64,000 bases of DNA, from contig CAYQPT010000003.1 of NCBI GenBank assembly GCA_964419835.1, positions 799 through 64,798 of the forward strand. The letters run 5' to 3'. Positions 60,385 through 64,000 of this stretch are shown here, piece by piece. Position 1 is the first letter of the stretch; each line of letters starts with the position of its first letter. The translations under genes and the position numbers were made by a program. The notes below the pieces were generated by a model. The model saw nothing but the letters and a program-made list of their open reading frames with translations, was not told the DNA's origin and ran no database searches. This DNA comes from an uncultured Candidatus Saccharibacteria bacterium. Lineage in GTDB: Bacteria > Patescibacteriota > UBA1384 > XYA2-FULL-43-10 > 1-14-0-10-43-13.

Positions 60385-60978
60385 ATGATAGACGCATGCA
60401 AAAAATGTAGAAGAGAAGGCGAGAAGTTACTCCTTAAAGGTGAGCGATGTTTGGGACCAAAATGTGCAGTCGTAAAAAGACCCTATGCACCAGGTCAACA
60501 TGGACAAGCTCGTTTTACTAAAATGAGTGAGTATGGAAAGCAGCTCAGGGAAAAACAAAAAGCCCGACGCATTTATGGTATGGGAGAAACTCAGTTTGCT
60601 AATTACGCTGAAGCAGCCGGAAAAGCCGAGGGTAATACTTCATTAAACCTTATGAAATTGCTTGAAACACGTCTAGATAATGTTGTTTACAGACTAAACT
60701 TTGCAGATTCAAGATCAAAGAGCCGGCAAATGGTTTCTCATGGTCTTGTTCTTGTTAACGGCAAAAAGCTTTCACTTCCTTCATATCACTTAAAAGAAGG
60801 TGATGAAATTAGCTTAAAACACCCAGATAAAGAAGCCGATGCAAGAAAAGTAAATATTCCTTCATGGATGGAGCTAGATGCTAAAAAAGGTATCGGCAAA
60901 GTCAAACATATTCCAACGCGGGAAGAAATTGATACAACTGTGAATGAGAATTTAATAATTGAGTTTTACTCTAGATAA
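60385..60978 (+). CDS. rpsD: 30S ribosomal protein S4 (zinc-binding form)
   Basis: CKKCRREGEKLLLKGERCLGPKC zinc motif and an S4 domain. Confidence 0.95.
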   Translation: MIDACKKCRREGEKLLLKGERCLGPKCAVVKRPYAPGQHGQARFTKMSEYGKQLREKQKARRIYGMGETQFANYAEAAGKAEGNTSLNLMKLLETRLDNVVYRLNFADSRSKSRQMVSHGLVLVNGKKLSLPSYHLKEGDEISLKHPDKEADARKVNIPSWMELDAKKGIGKVKHIPTREEIDTTVNENLIIEFYSR

Positions 60979-61006
60979 TCCGCCAGCCGGCGGAACAGGA
61001 GATATT

Positions 61007-61963
61007 ATGGAAAAAATTGGACTACCTAAAATTTTTGAAGAGAAAATTGACAAAAATCACTCACGGTTTACAATCGAACCGCTTTATCCGGGTTATGGCC
61101 CAACATTAGGAAATTCACTCCGAAGAGTACTCTTGTCGTCAATTACCGGAGCAGCAGCCACATCATTCAAGGTTGAAGGCATCAATCATGAGTTTTCATC
61201 TATTCCTCATGTTAAAGAGGATGTTGTTGAACTTATGATGAACCTAAAGCAAATTAACTTCAAAGCTTTCTCAGACGAGCCAGTGATTATTGAGCTTACA
61301 AAGAAAGGCCCGGGAGTTGTTAAAGCTGGTGATTTTAAAGCAAACAGTAATATTGAGATTACAAATCCCGACCAACACCTTCTCTCACTTGATAATAAGG
61401 CAGACTTCTATATGGAAGTTATTGTAGAGAAAGACAGGGGATTTAGACCTGCTTCTGTCGCAACCGGCGAAAAGAAAGAAATCGGCCGAATTGCAGTTGA
61501 TGCTTCATTCTCACCAATCGAAAGAATCAGCTTCACAGTTGAGGATACTCGAGTTGGACAAATGACAAACTTTGACAAATTAGTGCTTGATGTTATCACA
61601 AACGGTACAGTTACAGCCGAGTATGCGTTGAAAGAGGCGTCAAAAGTTTTGGTTGACCATTACTCCTCTATTATGAATGACGAAAGCTTTGATTTGGAAG
61701 TTACAGAAAAATTCCAGAAGGAAGAGGAAATTATTGAGCCATCTGAAACTCTAGAAGAGATGGAAGACGGCGGTTCAGTTAGTTTTGAGGGAAAGCTAAA
61801 GATTGAAGAAGCCGGATTTTCACCGCGAACAACAAATGCTTTAGTTAACGCCGGAATCAAAACAATTGCAGGACTCAAGAGATTATCCACCTTGAAGATT
61901 GAAGAAATCAAAGGTCTTGGTAAAAAGGGAATTGACGAAATCAAAGATAAGTTAAACAGCTAG
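61007..61963 (+). CDS. rpoA: DNA-directed RNA polymerase subunit alpha
   Basis: N-terminal domain (LRRVLLSSITGAAATSFKVEGINHEFSSIPHVKEDV) and C-terminal domain. AGGAGA lies before the ATG at 61007. The ORF extends upstream to 60959, overlapping rpsD. Confidence 0.93.
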   Translation: MEKIGLPKIFEEKIDKNHSRFTIEPLYPGYGPTLGNSLRRVLLSSITGAAATSFKVEGINHEFSSIPHVKEDVVELMMNLKQINFKAFSDEPVIIELTKKGPGVVKAGDFKANSNIEITNPDQHLLSLDNKADFYMEVIVEKDRGFRPASVATGEKKEIGRIAVDASFSPIERISFTVEDTRVGQMTNFDKLVLDVITNGTVTAEYALKEASKVLVDHYSSIMNDESFDLEVTEKFQKEEEIIEPSETLEEMEDGGSVSFEGKLKIEEAGFSPRTTNALVNAGIKTIAGLKRLSTLKIEEIKGLGKKGIDEIKDKLNS

Positions 61964-61984
61964 ACGGTTAATCGGTATTCTACA

Positions 61985-62461
61985 ATGAGAAAATTTGGAA
62001 GAAAAAAATCAAATAGAGAACATATGCTTCGAAACTTGGCCACTTCGCTTGTTTTATTTGAAACAGTCGACACCACAGAAGCCAAGGCAAAAGAAGTAAA
62101 AACTTTTTTGGATATAATTTTAGCCCGAAACATGGGAACCGAGTTGGTTAACAGACGAGCACTGCTTGCAACTTTCTTTGATAGAAATGCAGTAGAGAAA
62201 ATTATTAACGAATTAACCCCTAGATACGCAGGTAGAAAAAGCGGCTATATCCGATCATTTCATTTAAAAAACCGTCTTGGTGATAACGCTCCTATGATGC
62301 GTCTCGAACTGGTTGATAAAAAAGTATTTGTTGGCGAAGAGAAAACAGTAGCCACTTCCGTTAAAACCAAAGCAGATAAAAAAGAAGAAAAAGCTGACAA
62401 AAAAAGCGAAGCTACTGTTACGGTAAAGCCAAAAGGTGAAAAGAAAACGGAGAAGAAATAA
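61985..62461 (+). CDS. rplQ: 50S ribosomal protein L17 with a K-rich C-terminal extension
   Basis: L17 family N-terminus (MRKFGRKKSNREHMLRNLATSLVLFET...TTEAKAKE) and a lysine-rich tail. Confidence 0.9.
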   Translation: MRKFGRKKSNREHMLRNLATSLVLFETVDTTEAKAKEVKTFLDIILARNMGTELVNRRALLATFFDRNAVEKIINELTPRYAGRKSGYIRSFHLKNRLGDNAPMMRLELVDKKVFVGEEKTVATSVKTKADKKEEKADKKSEATVTVKPKGEKKTEKK

Positions 62462-62871
62462 TGCAAAAAAGCGAAATTAAAAGAGATTGGTATATATTCG
62501 ATGCAAAAGATGCTGTTCTCGGACGATTGTGCACAGAGATTGCAGACCTTTTGCGTGGAAAGAAGAAGCCATCATTTGTGAACAACCAAGACTATGGTGA
62601 CTATGTGGTTGTTATCAATGCTGAAAAGGTTGTTCTAACTGGTAAAAAAGAAGAAACAAAGAGATATTACAAACATACCGGATACATTGGCAACCTAAAG
62701 ACCAAAACTCTTACTGAAATCAGAGAAAGCAAACCTGAATTCATTATCAAAAATGCTGTCTTAGGAATGCTCCCAAAAAACAAACTACGAGATCAATTTG
62801 CCAGCAGGTTGAAAATATATGCTGGCAAAGATCATCCACATGTAAACGCAAAGTTCATTAATCAGCAGTAA
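62461..62871 (+). CDS. rplM: 50S ribosomal protein L13
   Basis: WYIFDAKDAVLGRL... Confidence 0.95.
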   Translation: MQKSEIKRDWYIFDAKDAVLGRLCTEIADLLRGKKKPSFVNNQDYGDYVVVINAEKVVLTGKKEETKRYYKHTGYIGNLKTKTLTEIRESKPEFIIKNAVLGMLPKNKLRDQFASRLKIYAGKDHPHVNAKFINQQ

Positions 62872-62980
62872 GCGTGTAAGCGAATAAGTCACCGCCTTTG
62901 GCGGGATCCCCTCAGAATGCGGGACAAGTAATCAATATTGAAACCCAATCAACTAACTACTATCAACTAACTACTAATTT

Positions 62981-63367
62981 ATGGCTGAAACAACAAAAAC
63001 AACAGAATATTGGAGCGGTACAGGCAGAAGAAAAACTGCAGTAGCTTCCGTACGGATTTATGAGAATAGCAAAGAAATGACAGTAAATGCTAAAACTATA
63101 GATCTGGCAGAACCAACACTAGCACCTTTTGAACTGGTTGGTAAAAAAGGTTCATTTGGTATTACTGTAAAGGTAAGCGGCGGCGGAAAAGAAAGCCAGT
63201 TAGATGCTATTAGACATGGAATTGCCAGAGCGCTTGAGAAATTTAACCCGGAATTCAGATCTTCACTTAAAAAAGCAGGATTCCTAACACGAGATTCAAG
63301 AGAGAAAGAGCGAAAGAAACCAGGCCTAAAGGGCGCTCGACGAGCCCCACAATGGGCGAAGAGGTAA
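62981..63367 (+). CDS. rpsI: 30S ribosomal protein S9
   Basis: C-terminal ...RRAPQWAKR and an S9 fold. Confidence 0.95.
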   Translation: MAETTKTTEYWSGTGRRKTAVASVRIYENSKEMTVNAKTIDLAEPTLAPFELVGKKGSFGITVKVSGGGKESQLDAIRHGIARALEKFNPEFRSSLKKAGFLTRDSREKERKKPGLKGARRAPQWAKR

Positions 63368-63562
63368 CGAGCCCATTGAGGGACAAAAGGGGTCGGGAAA
63401 AAGGATTTTTCCCGTGTGGGGTGACCTGAGCGGAGCGAGAATCAGAGGGCGGAAGCCCTATGAAGAGCACAAGCGACCCACGAGTGGGCCAAGAGGTAAT
63501 ACCCTTTTGTCATTCCCGAGAAGTCGGGAATCTTGCACAGCAAATATCAGACTATATACATC

Positions 63563-63590
63563 AAAAAATCGAGAGCAATCTCGATTTTTT
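63563..63590. terminator. bidirectional rho-independent terminator (TCGAGA-gcaa-TCTCGA flanked by A6 and T6)
   Basis: AAAAAATCGAGAGCAATCTCGATTTTTT. Confidence 0.8.
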
Positions 63591-63600
63591 GTATTCTAGA

Positions 63601-63849
63601 CTATTTTTTTGACCAAAGTGCGCTCTTTTCCTCTCTTTTCAATCGCTTAATCTCAAGCTCTCTTTTTCTGGCCTCGGCGATAGTTCCATACTGCTCATAA
63701 TATTTTAAGATGACTGGCCGGCGGATCTTTGTATAGTGTGCTCCTGATTTTGACTCATTGTGCTGCAGTAATCTCTTCTTTAGGTTATTTGTACAGCCCG
63801 TGTAATAAGTGCTGTCCGCACACTCCAGTATGTAAACAAAATAAGACAC
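63601..63849 (-). CDS. GIY-YIG nuclease family protein (UPF0213/YhbQ-like)
   Basis: YFVYILECADSTYYTGCTNNLKKRLLQHN is the GIY-YIG motif. Confidence 0.8.
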   Translation of the reverse strand: MSYFVYILECADSTYYTGCTNNLKKRLLQHNESKSGAHYTKIRRPVILKYYEQYGTIAEARKRELEIKRLKREEKSALWSKK

Positions 63850-63851
63850 TT

Positions 63852-63977
63852 TTATTGCTTGTCGTATTTTTCAACAAACTTTTTTATCTCTTCAATGTTT
63901 TCTAAAACCAATTTTGCTTTTTTGACGCCAAATTGAAAAGGGTATTGGTCGTCCTCATTGTTCTTGATTACGATCAT
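63852..63977 (-). CDS. possible 41 aa small protein immediately upstream of the GIY-YIG gene on the minus strand
   Basis: MIVIKNNEDDQYPFQFGVKKAKLVLENIEEIKKFVEKYDKQ. AAAGGT SD lies 7 nt before the ATG on the minus strand. Not in the ORF track. Confidence 0.3.
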   Translation of the reverse strand: MIVIKNNEDDQYPFQFGVKKAKLVLENIEEIKKFVEKYDKQ

Positions 63978-64000
63978 GCGGTTACCTTTGAATTCCGATT

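Overview
The window is a low-GC (about 38%), gene-dense bacterial fragment with almost everything on the + strand. It looks like a Candidate Phyla Radiation / Patescibacteria genome: RpoB is small (1120 aa), there is no ribosomal protein L30 between rpsE and rplO, a DUF4012 protein and a type IV pilin are present, and many ribosomal proteins carry K/E-rich tails.

Gene order:
- thioredoxin-like protein, small zinc-ribbon gene, envelope polysaccharide genes (sugar phosphotransferase, GT4, DUF4012)
- gyrB-gyrA, infB
- secreted FN3 protein and metallophosphoesterase
- type IV pilin with an out-of-frame dockerin-like ORF
- a GC-rich NMO/FabK-like oxidoreductase
- cdaA-cdaR (c-di-AMP synthase and regulator), a LysM-CHAP hydrolase, obg, a GC-rich hypothetical
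- rpoB-rpoC-rpsL-rpsG, then a ~4.8 kb partly GC-rich insert (PEBP, M50/CBS protease, small ORFs), then fusA-tuf-rpsJ
- a 1 kb GC-rich ORF-free insert, then the S10/spc/alpha ribosomal operon (rplC to rpsI, with secY, adk, map, infA, rpmJ, rpoA)
- a GIY-YIG gene on the minus strand

The most unusual points are:
- several discrete GC-rich (50-57%) segments embedded in conserved operons, including a 1 kb non-coding one between S10 and L3;
- intercistronic spacers of 75-110 bp built from tandem heptamer-like repeats arranged as imperfect palindromes;
- a ~95 bp TACGGAT/ATCTGTA repeat family (4 copies);
- a duplicated ~120 bp hairpin-rich element after rpoB and rpsL, centred on the palindrome CCGCCAGCTGGCGG;
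- two perfect DnaA boxes in an AT-rich gap.

No rRNA, tRNA or CRISPR array was recognised.
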